Of a stretch of 64,000 nt of DNA, positions 10,411 to 19,937 are shown in pieces. The notes under the pieces were generated by a model. That model was given only the letters and a program-made list of their open reading frames with translations. It was not told where the DNA came from and did not search any database. Source of the DNA: Candidatus Micrarchaeia archaeon (GTDB lineage: Archaea; Micrarchaeota; Micrarchaeia; CAILAH01); contig JAVZCB010000002.1 of assembly GCA_038874595.1 (NCBI GenBank), forward strand, positions 135,850 through 199,849. The letters run 5' to 3'. The number at the start of each line of letters is the position of its first letter. Position 1 is the first letter of the stretch. The position numbers and the translations under genes were made by a program.

Positions 10411-10896
10411 TTACGGGTTTTGCTTTCTTATGTCTTCAACAAATTTGGCAATGCTCTTTTTATAGCCGCCAGTGAAATAGCTCATGTGCGAAATGCACAT
10501 TACTGCGATTGGTTGCCGGCCGCACAGGTAGGACATATCCTTTATTGTGTTCTTGGCACCAAACCCCCCGCCAGTACAAAAAAATGCTATTTTTCCAAAC
10601 TTGTGCTTCATACGGGTAATGTACGCTTTTACCGGGAGAGACATTGTGCCTGCCCATACGGGCGTTCCTATTATAACGACGTCGTATTGTGACGGGTCTT
10701 TCGCTGGAGACTCTATCTCAGAAAGATGATGTAGAAAAACATCCTTCCCTGTCCTTAGTATACCTATAAGGCCTTCCCTGTTTTTCTTATCCATAATCCT
10801 CTCAATATCGGCACCGAGCTCTTTTGCAATAATGTTGGCTACTGCCGCAGTTACCCCACTTCTTGAATAAAAAACAACCAGGACCTTGGAAGGCAT
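10411..10896 (-). CDS. flavodoxin-like fold protein
   Basis: VLVVFYSRSGVTAAVANIIAKEL and FFCTGGGFG segments. Start moved to the internal Met (MPSKVL) because the longer ORF would overlap the upstream Nudix gene. Confidence 0.55.
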   Translation of the reverse strand: MPSKVLVVFYSRSGVTAAVANIIAKELGADIERIMDKKNREGLIGILRTGKDVFLHHLSEIESPAKDPSQYDVVIIGTPVWAGTMSLPVKAYITRMKHKFGKIAFFCTGGGFGAKNTIKDMSYLCGRQPIAVMCISHMSYFTGGYKKSIAKFVEDIRKQNP

Positions 10897-10927
10897 GCCG
10901 TTTTTTAGGTGTGCGCTATATATAAAC

Positions 10928-11650
10928 TTATTTTGAGGCCGTGCGTTTACGCCCCATCTTTTTTCCTGAAAGCTGTTGTGCGGCCGCCTTGAGCGTCTTG
11001 CGGGTGTACGGCTCAACTTGCTTTGAGAGGGCTGCTTTCTTAAGTGGCATCCATACGTGTTCTTGCCCTTCACTGTTTAACCTTACAGATGATGGGTTTC
11101 GCGCGCGGCAGAGGTAGTCAAACATGATGAAATGGCGCTTTTTCCAGAATGCTGGATCGTGTATGAATTCCTGCGTTATTATGTGGCGTATGTTATATAT
11201 GTCAAGGTTGGTTTCTTCTTTTATCTCGCGCCTGAGTGCGTCCTCTGCACTCTCCCCAAGCTCGATGTGACCACCAGGTATAACATACTTGTTATGCCAT
11301 TTATGAGAACGCATTAGGAAAACTTCACTATTATTATTTAAGATGACTGCACCAACAACCGGTTCTGGGAAATACTGGTGCTCTTTCACTAATTGTATTG
11401 CGTCCAGGAGACCGTATGCATAATCAGAGCATCCAAAAGAGGTGAAGTAGTCACCCTTATTAAAATAATGCACCGCATCCCTGTAATACTGCTCTGCCAA
11501 GGCGTATTGGGTGCCAAAGTTATGTGCAAGCTTCTTACATTTCTCAAGGTTTTCCTTGAGAAGACGAATGCTCTTCTCAGCACGAGAACGTTCTGTTATA
11601 TCCATGTTTAAATGCTCGGTATTATAATATAAAAATGTTTCAACACCCAA
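10928..11650 (-). CDS. NUDIX hydrolase with N-terminal helical extension
   Basis: Nudix box GGHIELGESAEDALRREIKEETNL. Confidence 0.8.
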   Translation of the reverse strand: MGVETFLYYNTEHLNMDITERSRAEKSIRLLKENLEKCKKLAHNFGTQYALAEQYYRDAVHYFNKGDYFTSFGCSDYAYGLLDAIQLVKEHQYFPEPVVGAVILNNNSEVFLMRSHKWHNKYVIPGGHIELGESAEDALRREIKEETNLDIYNIRHIITQEFIHDPAFWKKRHFIMFDYLCRARNPSSVRLNSEGQEHVWMPLKKAALSKQVEPYTRKTLKAAAQQLSGKKMGRKRTASK

Positions 11651-11657
11651 ATTCTAT

Positions 11658-12659
11658 ATGCTTGGTATATCAGAACTCAAAAAAAGGATGAGCGAGAAAG
11701 TTATTGACGTTGAGAAAACAATGCTGCATATAATGCCGAACAGGGAGCCAGCAAGTGTTTATGAGCTTGCCTGGGATTTTCTTAATAGGGGTGGAAAAAG
11801 AATCAGGCCATACCTTTTGCTTACTTCTGTTGAGGCTTTTAATGGAAATCCAGAAGATGCGCTTGAGATTGCTGCTGGAATAGAGATATTTCACAATTTC
11901 ACGCTCGTCCACGATGATATAGAAGATAACTCTGAGATGAGAAGGGGTAAACCGTGCCTGCATATTTCTTATGGTATTCCTTTGGCAATCAATGCTGGTG
12001 ACGGGATGTTTGCGCATGTTTTCAAGTCTTTAAAAGAGTCAAGACTGACACCTTACCAGAAAGATAGAATTATTGGGATGTTTGCTGAAGCATTTATAGG
12101 GGTTGTTGATGGTCAGGGATACGAGATCGGCTGGATTGAAAATAATATGTGGGATATTTCTGAGAAAATGTACTTGGATATGGCTGGTGGAAAGACCGGC
12201 GACTTGATGGGTGCGTGCACACAGATAGGGTCATTTATAGGTGGTGCCAGTGAAAGAGATATGGAGGAGATGCGGCTGTTTGGGTATGAGATTGGGCTTG
12301 CGTTCCAGATACAAGATGATGTGCTAAACCTTGTTGGTGAAGAGGAAAAATACAAAAAAGAGATTGGCGGGGATATCAGGGAAGGAAAAAGGACGCTTAT
12401 TGTAATAAAGGCGCTTGAGAGGCTTGGGGAAAATGAAAAAAGAGAGTTGATAGGCATACTCGCAAAAAAAGAAAACACACATGAGGAAATCGTGAGAGCG
12501 ATTGAGCTTATGAAAGGGTGTGGTGCAATTGATTACGCAAAAGAGTACGCTGAGAGGCTTGTTGCAAGCGCTAAGAACAGGCTAAGCGTGGTAAAAAACG
12601 CTGAAAAAAAGGAAGAGCTGGAAGCGATTGCTGATATGTTCATCAAAAGAGAGGCGTGA
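11658..12659 (+). CDS. polyprenyl synthetase (geranylgeranyl diphosphate synthase type)
   Basis: First Asp-rich motif LVHDDIEDNSEMRRGKP and second motif FQIQDDVLN. Confidence 0.9.
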   Translation: MLGISELKKRMSEKVIDVEKTMLHIMPNREPASVYELAWDFLNRGGKRIRPYLLLTSVEAFNGNPEDALEIAAGIEIFHNFTLVHDDIEDNSEMRRGKPCLHISYGIPLAINAGDGMFAHVFKSLKESRLTPYQKDRIIGMFAEAFIGVVDGQGYEIGWIENNMWDISEKMYLDMAGGKTGDLMGACTQIGSFIGGASERDMEEMRLFGYEIGLAFQIQDDVLNLVGEEEKYKKEIGGDIREGKRTLIVIKALERLGENEKRELIGILAKKENTHEEIVRAIELMKGCGAIDYAKEYAERLVASAKNRLSVVKNAEKKEELEAIADMFIKREA

Positions 12660-13356
12660 TTTTTTGGTAAAGGAATATACTGCTATCGTAGGAAAAGTTG
12701 TGGTGTGGGCGGACGGCCTAAAATCTATCTACCTGAGGTTTAAGGATGAGAAGATGGCATTCAGCGCCGGCCAGTATGTAATGCTCCGTGCAAAAATTAA
12801 TGATAAGCTGGAAAGTAGGGCATACTCAATCGCATCAACACCTATTGATGATGAGATTGAGATAATATTTAGGGTTGTTGGGCCATTTACAACATACCTT
12901 GACAGATTAAAGGAAGGAGATATAATAGAGGTTGTTGGGCCGTTCGGCCACCTAAATAAGGGGATGGCAAAGCGTAGAAATGCTGTGTTTGTGGCAACTG
13001 GAACTGGGCTGTCGCCACTCTTAAGTATAATCACTGATATAATTAAGAGTGGGGAATGTGCAAGATTTGGGTCAATCGTGCTCTTATACGGGACAAAATA
13101 TGAAAATATGCTCGTGCATAAAAAAGAGATTGAGGAGCTTATGGCAAAATGCCCTAATTTTGTGTTTTGCCCAATACTAAGCAGGGAAGAAAAATGGGTT
13201 GGCAGGAGTGGGCATGTGCAGGCACATATCGGGGAATTCATAAAGGATGATACGGACTATTTCATTTGTGGGCTGCCGGCCATGACTGACGAGGTCGAGA
13301 AAATACTTCTTGAAAAAGGAGTTAAAAAAGAATGTATACATCTTGAAAGGTTCTAA
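12628..13356 (+). CDS. FAD/NAD(P)-binding oxidoreductase, ferredoxin-NADP reductase-like
   Basis: RAYSIAS FAD-binding motif and GTGLSPLLSI nucleotide-binding motif. No C-terminal Fe-S cysteines. The ATG start overlaps the upstream gene by 32 nt, so a downstream non-ATG start is possible. Confidence 0.65.
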   Translation: MLICSSKERRDFLVKEYTAIVGKVVVWADGLKSIYLRFKDEKMAFSAGQYVMLRAKINDKLESRAYSIASTPIDDEIEIIFRVVGPFTTYLDRLKEGDIIEVVGPFGHLNKGMAKRRNAVFVATGTGLSPLLSIITDIIKSGECARFGSIVLLYGTKYENMLVHKKEIEELMAKCPNFVFCPILSREEKWVGRSGHVQAHIGEFIKDDTDYFICGLPAMTDEVEKILLEKGVKKECIHLERF

Positions 13357-13610
13357 TTTAAATTCATTTTATCTTTTTTTGGTTAGATTCTTGAAACGAA
13401 GTAAAAAGATGTGTTCGCCTTGAAAGGCCTAATTCTAAATCAATCTTAATTCTTAATTCTAAATTTTGTCTTTTTGTTTTTGGTTAGTGAGATTCTTGAA
13501 ACGAAGTAAAAAAAAGATTTGTTAATCTTGGATGTGGAGGTCTAAATCCAATCTTTTTTGATATTGGTTGGGGTTCTTGAAATAAAGTAAAAGAGAATAT
13601 TGTGCTAATC
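13340..13610. repeat. degenerate tandem repeat array (about 90-bp unit, 3-4 copies) in AT-rich spacer between convergent genes
   Basis: Sub-repeat A CTTGAAAGG(T/C)TCTAATT.AAAT occurs at about 13342, 13417, 13527 and 13606. Sub-repeat B TGGTTAG.ATTCTTGAAACGAAGTAAAAAG occurs at about 13379, 13479 and 13563. A T7 run at 13371-13377 looks like a terminator for the upstream gene. Confidence 0.6.
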
Positions 13611-13775
13611 TTAAAGGTTCTTAAAAAAATCTGCTTGGATTTATGAAATACTTCTCAAAAAGTTAGAAATAGCTTAAAGAACAAGTAATGCTTTCTAAAT
13701 TTTCTTGTTGGTTTAAAACTTCTTAAAAGAGTTAAAAAATAGTTTAAAGATATCTAGAAAGATTCCAAAACGTAA

Positions 13776-14579
13776 TTACTTGTCGTCCTGTTTTTTATTG
13801 AGAATGTCAGAGAGCTTGACGCCTTCTATTGCCCTAAGGACTTCAACAGGCAACAGCACAACAACTGTGTTGCTCTGGTCGGCAGACACGTCCGCAACCG
13901 TCTGTAACGTCCTCAGGTGCAACGCTCCCGGGCCTGAAAGGTTCTCGGCTGCCTTTTTTAAGTTGGCTGATGCCTGTAACTCTCCCTCTGCCATAATAAT
14001 TGTTGCGCGCTTCTCCCTCTCCGCTTCTGCCTGCCTTGCCATCGCCCTCTTCATATCACTTGGTAGCTCTATATCCTGGATTTTTATTGCGGTTATATCT
14101 ATCCCCCATTCGCTTGTTTCCTTATCTACAAGTGATTTTATTTCCCTTGCAATCTCATCACGCTCGGTTAATACAAAATCCAACTCTTTGTTTCCAATAA
14201 CATCACGAAGGGCTGTTTGGCCATACTGTGCAACTGCATACATATAATCCTGTATTTTTAAGACGGCGTCCTCGGGGTTTTCAACTTTATAATAAATCAC
14301 TGCATTTACACTTACAGGAACATTGTCCTTGGTCATTACTTCTTGTTTTGGAATGTCCACGGTCTTTATCCTCATATCAACGGTGCGTGCCGATTCAATC
14401 ACGGGAATCAAAATATTAAGGCCCGGCCTCAGCAACCTGTGATAACGGCCAAGCCTAAATACCACTGCACGTTCATACTCAAAAACAACCCTTAAAGACA
14501 TCAGTAGCAGGACACCTATAATTATTAGTATAGGAAAAGCACAGCTTAAACCAATCCCAATCGTTTCAAGGTCGGCCAT
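13776..14579 (-). CDS. stomatin/prohibitin (SPFH, band-7) family membrane protein
   Basis: N-terminal TM followed by an RVVFEYERAVVFRLGRY...GLNILIPVIE SPFH core. Confidence 0.9.
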   Translation of the reverse strand: MADLETIGIGLSCAFPILIIIGVLLLMSLRVVFEYERAVVFRLGRYHRLLRPGLNILIPVIESARTVDMRIKTVDIPKQEVMTKDNVPVSVNAVIYYKVENPEDAVLKIQDYMYAVAQYGQTALRDVIGNKELDFVLTERDEIAREIKSLVDKETSEWGIDITAIKIQDIELPSDMKRAMARQAEAEREKRATIIMAEGELQASANLKKAAENLSGPGALHLRTLQTVADVSADQSNTVVVLLPVEVLRAIEGVKLSDILNKKQDDK

Positions 14580-14632
14580 TTTTACACCACACTAATAATA
14601 TTAAAAAAGGTTAAAAAATAGCTGTAGCTTTT

Positions 14633-15640
14633 TTATGAGGGTTGTGCTTCCTGCATGCCGTTCGCTGCCATGTATTCCTTATAAGTTTCAAGCTCGTTCC
14701 GTGAGCTGATTATAATATTTGCAGTGCAGTTTGGCCCTGGGTACCATGGCCGTATCGGTGATGGGGAGGTGCGCATAAACGTCGTGCTGTTAGGTGACCC
14801 TGCAAAACAAGCTATATCTGCAGATGCGCCTTCACTTACAGAAATTTCAAGAACATAATCGCCAGCTGGGAGCGTTCCCTGCTGCGTCTTGCGCCTTAAA
14901 ATTGAGATGCTTCCCCAATCACCGCCTAGGTTGAAAAGTGAGGTGCTAAACCGCATAACACTTTCCCTTGAAGGGGTATTATTTACTACGGGGTATATAC
15001 TATAATTCAACGTTGAATTGGGTGAGAACATAAAGTTCCTTCTTAAGAATGTGCCTATTGAAAAAATCTCCGTGTCAGCATCAAAGTGCAAAAGCATACC
15101 GTACGTGCGCCTCTCTGAGATGCTTGTATAATTATCAACGTCATAAAACACTTCCTCTTTCTTACAATAATTTGTGCTGGATGTATTGCACTCGTAATAG
15201 GCAGTTTTTGTTATTCTGTTAATGACTGCTGTATAATTGCCATACGGAAGCACCTTCACAGGCAGGGTTTTGAAATCGTTTGAAATGTTTGTGTCTATAA
15301 AGGATGCGTTGAGAAGCAAAACAACTGCGGTTATGTTGTGTTGGCCGTCCCTGCTTGCCGGGAGTTCAAGCTCTTTTGTGAGGTTGCCGCTTGCAGAATA
15401 TGACTGGGTTCTTTCACCGTCAACTTTTATATCAACCCTGTAAGTTGCTTCTTCGCTTGTTGATGCTGTTTCAACCTTGATTTTATATTTTGAGCCTAGC
15501 ACTGGAATTTCCTGGCTAGGTGATGATAAGGAAACAACGCTTACATCTACTTTCTTATCGTGTTGTTCTGGTGGGTTGGTACAACCCACAAGCACAATTA
15601 TTAATAATAACCCTATTACAAACACCGCTTGGCGATTCAT
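14633..15640 (-). CDS. secreted lipoprotein-like glycoprotein, unknown function
   Basis: Signal plus lipobox-like LVGC and dense N-x-S/T sequons. Probably co-transcribed upstream of the stomatin gene. Confidence 0.45.
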   Translation of the reverse strand: MNRQAVFVIGLLLIIVLVGCTNPPEQHDKKVDVSVVSLSSPSQEIPVLGSKYKIKVETASTSEEATYRVDIKVDGERTQSYSASGNLTKELELPASRDGQHNITAVVLLLNASFIDTNISNDFKTLPVKVLPYGNYTAVINRITKTAYYECNTSSTNYCKKEEVFYDVDNYTSISERRTYGMLLHFDADTEIFSIGTFLRRNFMFSPNSTLNYSIYPVVNNTPSRESVMRFSTSLFNLGGDWGSISILRRKTQQGTLPAGDYVLEISVSEGASADIACFAGSPNSTTFMRTSPSPIRPWYPGPNCTANIIISSRNELETYKEYMAANGMQEAQPS

Positions 15641-15694
15641 AAGAAAGGATTGGGGCAGACAACATTAAAATAATTAGCTTTTTGAATACGATGG

Positions 15695-17479
15695 GTGTTT
15701 TCTTTGATTACTGCTAAAGAGCTGCGACAGAAGTATTTGGATTATTTCAGACAGAAAGGGCATACTATAATAGAATCTGCCTCTGTTATACCTGAAAACG
15801 ACCCCACTGTCTTATTTATAAGTGCAGGGATGCATCCGCTTGTGCCGTTCCTGCTTGGCCAGCCGCACCCTGGCGGGAAACGGCTCGCCGATATACAAAA
15901 ATGCTTGAGGACAGATGATATAGATGAAGTTGGTGATGGGTGCCATCACACGTTCTTCTTTATGCTCGGCAACTGGTCTCTCGGTGACTATTTCAAGAAA
16001 GAGGCAATTGAGATGAGCTGGGAGTTCCTTACTAGTAAGGAATGGCTCGGGCTTGATAAGGAAAGGATTGCTGTAACGTGTTTTGAGGGTGATGATGACG
16101 CACCGCGTGACGAGGAGAGTGCAAAAATATGGGAATCGCTAGGTGTGCTGCGTGAGAGGATATTCTTTAATGGGAAGAAAGATAACTGGTGGGGCCCTGC
16201 TGGCCAGACCGGGCCGTGCGGGCCGGATACGGAGATGTTCTATTACACTGGTAGAAAAGAAAAGGAATGTGACCAGGAAGGGTGTGGGCCGGGCTGCCAC
16301 TGCGGCCTATGGGTTGAGATATGGAATGATGTGTTTATGGAGTATAATAAGACAAAAGAAGGTAGGTTTGAGGCACTTAAGCAGAAAAATGTTGATACTG
16401 GGATGGGTTTGGAGCGCATAACTGCGGTTATGCAGAACGCTGCGAGCGATTATGAGACTGAGCTTTTTGCACCTATAATGAAATGGATCAAGGAAAATTC
16501 AAAGAATTATGATGAGAGGGCGGCACGCATAATTGCAGATCATCTACGCGCGGCCGTGTTTGTGCTTGCTGATGACAGGGCGGTTGTGCCGAGCAATGTT
16601 GAGCACGGTTATATATTAAGAAGGTTAATCAGGAGGGCTATCAGGCACGGGAGGCTGTGCGGGCTGCCATCGCCTTTTTGCAGAAAAATTGGGGAAATTG
16701 TCATTGAAATATACAAGGATGACTGGCCCGAGCTTGAAAAGAATGGCGGGTTTGCGATTGCTGAGTTGGAGAAAGAGGAGAACAGGTTTGCAGAAACGCT
16801 TGAGCGCGGGCTGAAGGAGTTTGAGAGGATATTTGCATCTACTAAGGATAATGTGATTGATGGTAAGCACGCGTTCCTGCTGTTCCAGAGTTATGGATTT
16901 CCATTGGAGATGACTGAGGAGCTTGCAAGGGAGAGGGGCAAAACGGTTGATAGGAAAGGGTTTGAGAATGAAATGGAAAGACATAAGGAGCTGTCGCGTG
17001 AGGGAATTTCACAAAGGTTTGCGTCTGGGCTCGCTGATTACAGTGAGAAGACTGTTGCGTTGCATACCGCAACGCACCTGCTGCAGGCTGCCCTTAGGAA
17101 AGTGCTTGGGGAGCACGTGCAGCAGAAGGGCTCTAATATTACGCCTGAACGGCTCAGGTTTGACTTTACGCATGGTGAGAAGCTAACACCAGAACAAATA
17201 AAGCAGGTTGAAGAGCTAGTTAACAAATGGATTAAGGAAAAAATCAATGTTGAAAGAAAAGAAGAGACAATAGAAGAGGCGCGGGCTGAGGGCGCGCTTG
17301 CATTCTTCAGCGCAAAGTATGGTGAAAAAGTTTCCGTTTATGTAATACCTGGAGCGAGCAAGGAAGTATGCACCGGGCCACACGTGAATAATACCGGTGA
17401 GCTTGGCACATTCAAAATAATTAAAGAAGAATCTGTAAGCGCAGGTGTAAGAAGGATTAAAGCAATCCTAGAAAAATAA
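15695..17479 (+). CDS. alaS: alanyl-tRNA synthetase, compact bacterial-like form lacking the C-terminal C-Ala domain
   Basis: Motif-by-motif resemblance to E. coli AlaRS: HHTFFFMLGNWSLGDYFK, GPCGPDTEMFYY, VEIWNDVFMEYN, VDTGMGLERI, ADHLRA..VPSN..GYILRRLIRRA. Editing motifs HTATHLL and CTGPH are present. It ends at GVRRIKAILEK after 594 aa. Confidence 0.85.
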   Translation: MFSLITAKELRQKYLDYFRQKGHTIIESASVIPENDPTVLFISAGMHPLVPFLLGQPHPGGKRLADIQKCLRTDDIDEVGDGCHHTFFFMLGNWSLGDYFKKEAIEMSWEFLTSKEWLGLDKERIAVTCFEGDDDAPRDEESAKIWESLGVLRERIFFNGKKDNWWGPAGQTGPCGPDTEMFYYTGRKEKECDQEGCGPGCHCGLWVEIWNDVFMEYNKTKEGRFEALKQKNVDTGMGLERITAVMQNAASDYETELFAPIMKWIKENSKNYDERAARIIADHLRAAVFVLADDRAVVPSNVEHGYILRRLIRRAIRHGRLCGLPSPFCRKIGEIVIEIYKDDWPELEKNGGFAIAELEKEENRFAETLERGLKEFERIFASTKDNVIDGKHAFLLFQSYGFPLEMTEELARERGKTVDRKGFENEMERHKELSREGISQRFASGLADYSEKTVALHTATHLLQAALRKVLGEHVQQKGSNITPERLRFDFTHGEKLTPEQIKQVEELVNKWIKEKINVERKEETIEEARAEGALAFFSAKYGEKVSVYVIPGASKEVCTGPHVNNTGELGTFKIIKEESVSAGVRRIKAILEK

Positions 17480-17480
17480 A

Positions 17481-17969
17481 CTATTCTTTCTTTTTCATTA
17501 TTTTACCATAAATATAGTATATATTTTTCCAATGTGTGCCTTCCCAGTATGCTTTATTGCAGGATGGACAAATCCAGAAGTTTCCCCCTTTCTCAATAAT
17601 ATCCTGGGGCACATGGCCATACGCTTCAGCCTGTGATATTTTTCTGAGCTCAACGTTGCAGATTGAGCAACGGGTCTTTTCCGGGAAGGTGAGCTCAATC
17701 CCAGTTACTGAAATTATATGCCTTATTTGCTCTACCGGGTCCGTGCTTTCAACAAGCACTGAAGGGATGTTTTTTGAGATGCACCGCACATAAACCTCCC
17801 TATCGCGCGTAACGAGTATGCGGCCTTCCTTTACTGCTGTTTCTATCAATTCAGTATCATTGCGTGGGTGAAAGTATGCTGTATCAACACCAAATATGCG
17901 GAGTAATATTGCTGTGTTCTTCAACATTTCATCAAGTATGAGTTTTTTCATCGGCACCACCACGAGCAA
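17481..17969 (-). CDS. Mut7-C/DUF82 family PIN-like RNase domain protein with C-terminal zinc ribbon
   Basis: KKLILDEMLKNTAILLRIFGVDTAY core and C-terminal C..C...C..C with YWEGTHW. Confidence 0.65.
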   Translation of the reverse strand: MLVVVPMKKLILDEMLKNTAILLRIFGVDTAYFHPRNDTELIETAVKEGRILVTRDREVYVRCISKNIPSVLVESTDPVEQIRHIISVTGIELTFPEKTRCSICNVELRKISQAEAYGHVPQDIIEKGGNFWICPSCNKAYWEGTHWKNIYYIYGKIMKKKE

Positions 17970-19926
17970 AAAGAGGGCTGTCTATCACTAATGATTCGAA
18001 TTCTCCACCTTCCCCGGCTATATTTATCCCATACCTTTTACTTAATTTTACAAGGATATCTATATCTTTAAGCGTGATCTCACGATTCAGCCACGATTTA
18101 TCGAGCCCTTCTGCTGCAACAGATGTGATTATAAACCTAAAACCGTCCTTTATTAGCCTACGCATGTGCATTTCCTGGTCAACGTGCCAAAGAGGGGAAA
18201 ATACGCGCAGGCCAAGCCTGTCACATACCGATTCTATACGAGTGCGCTGGTACTCTGAACTTATCGCACCTGTAACAACACCTTCAATATTGTATTTTTT
18301 TATTGCATCAAGAAGTGCCGTTTCAAGATCATAAAGCTCTCTCTCCTTTTCGCCGGCAGTCTCCTGCATTATGAGAGGGAGGCCCATGCGCGCAGCGTGC
18401 GTGCGAACGTTGTCTATCTCAGGTGTGTGGTATAAATATGAGTCCTTGTTCCGGCTCTTCAATGTGACAAGGCATTTTATATCATAATTGCGCTGGCTCA
18501 TAAGATAAAGAGCGTATGCGCTATCCTTACCACCACTGTAAAGTGCTGCGAGTGGAATATTCTTTTTGTGGTGTTTGCTAAGAAACTGGCCAATACTCAT
18601 TCCTTCCTTTGCGGCAAGCCTGCGCAGAAGAGCCATTGATTTTGTACCATATTGTGCTGCCTTTTTTGGGCGTGACCAGAATTTTTCACTGACATTATAA
18701 TACTCTCTTAAGATACGGCGCAATATTGCTTTGTTTGTAAGTTGATGCACTGAAAGAGAAAGTGAGTTTGTTACGACCTGCTTATCAAGAAAAGGCACCC
18801 TGAGCTCTATGTTGTTATACATTGTAATACAGTTGTCCCTGTAAAGGTCTCTTTCGTAAATTGATCTAAGAGAACTTACCTGTTCGTTGTGCATTGCCTC
18901 TGTTAAGCGGTCTTTTGCCAGGCTTTCATAATGGAGCGGCCGGAACCGCGCATAGCCAGCAAAAATATCATCCGCACCAATACCTGAAAAAAGGACTTTG
19001 ACCTTGTCTGCAGATGCTTGCCTTGCAGCAAAAAAGATGGGTATCGCTACGCCCACCTTTACAGAATCGCTTGAATCTATTACTTTACATATCTGTGGGA
19101 TTTCTTGTAAAATGGACTTTTCTGAAATTTCGGTTTCAACGTGGTCAAAGCCAAATGTGCGGGCAAATTCCTTTGAATATGTTGCATCTTCGGAATTCTT
19201 GTTGCAGTATGCCGTGTATAGTGTTATTTTTACGCCCTTCTCTGCAAGCCGGAGCGCTATCAGTGCCGAATCTACACCGCCTGAGAAAAGAACGCCTTGC
19301 TTGGCTTCAGCTATGCGCTTGTCAATCGCATCAAATAAGTAATCGCGCATTTCTTCGTAAGAGGTCTGCCTGCCGCTAAGAACAAATATATCTTTATAAT
19401 GAGACCTCGCTGTGCCATTAGTCACATCATAAAATATTACCGTGCGTGGGTGAAGCTCACGCAGTATCCCTGGGTTTGCCTTTCTCTCAGATGCTATGAA
19501 GAGAGGATTGAATGAAAAGAAGAGTGGGTTAACACCTAAAGGGTCACGAAAAAGAACGAGTTGGCCTTCCCTATAATATACACATGCAAAATCGCCATCA
19601 AGAGAATCAATTATTTTTAGGATTGACTTTTCAGAGTTGTCTGAATTTTCAAGAAGGCAAAATAGGAGCTCTGCATCGTTCCTTGCCTGGATGCCGTGCT
19701 CTTCCGCAAGCTGTTTCCAGTTATATATTTCACAGTTTGCAGCAAGGATACCTTTACCTGAAAATGGCTGGACTATATTATGGCCAACAACCGAATGTAG
19801 AAAATGTGAAAATGTTATTCCATCTCTTTCTATTCGTGAATGGTTGTCTTTACCCCTATGAGATATTGAAGATTCTGCTGTGAAGAGGTTTTTGTTACTC
19901 GTGTTACATACAATAATCCCGCACAT
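17932..19926 (-). CDS. asparagine synthetase (glutamine-hydrolysing) fused to a C-terminal Dph6/MJ0570-like (DUF71) ATP pyrophosphatase domain
   Basis: MCGII class-II GATase start, start moved to Met9 so that Cys2 is catalytic. AsnB PP-loop VLFSGGVDSALIA. A second PP-loop ALYSGGKDSAYAL ... EGGEFESLV is typical of diphthine-ammonia ligase-like domains. Confidence 0.7.
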   Translation of the reverse strand: MCGIIVCNTSNKNLFTAESSISHRGKDNHSRIERDGITFSHFLHSVVGHNIVQPFSGKGILAANCEIYNWKQLAEEHGIQARNDAELLFCLLENSDNSEKSILKIIDSLDGDFACVYYREGQLVLFRDPLGVNPLFFSFNPLFIASERKANPGILRELHPRTVIFYDVTNGTARSHYKDIFVLSGRQTSYEEMRDYLFDAIDKRIAEAKQGVLFSGGVDSALIALRLAEKGVKITLYTAYCNKNSEDATYSKEFARTFGFDHVETEISEKSILQEIPQICKVIDSSDSVKVGVAIPIFFAARQASADKVKVLFSGIGADDIFAGYARFRPLHYESLAKDRLTEAMHNEQVSSLRSIYERDLYRDNCITMYNNIELRVPFLDKQVVTNSLSLSVHQLTNKAILRRILREYYNVSEKFWSRPKKAAQYGTKSMALLRRLAAKEGMSIGQFLSKHHKKNIPLAALYSGGKDSAYALYLMSQRNYDIKCLVTLKSRNKDSYLYHTPEIDNVRTHAARMGLPLIMQETAGEKERELYDLETALLDAIKKYNIEGVVTGAISSEYQRTRIESVCDRLGLRVFSPLWHVDQEMHMRRLIKDGFRFIITSVAAEGLDKSWLNREITLKDIDILVKLSKRYGINIAGEGGEFESLVIDSPLFARGGADEKTHT

Positions 19927-19937
19927 CCTACCCGATA

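Noticed and set aside
13379-13600. CRISPR array interpretation of the about 30-bp repeats
   Set aside because: Repeats are imperfect (GGTTAGATTC... vs GGTTGGGGTTC...). Spacing is irregular at 80-100 bp. Only three copies. No cas genes in the window. Kept as a generic repeat with CRISPR remnant as a minor hypothesis.
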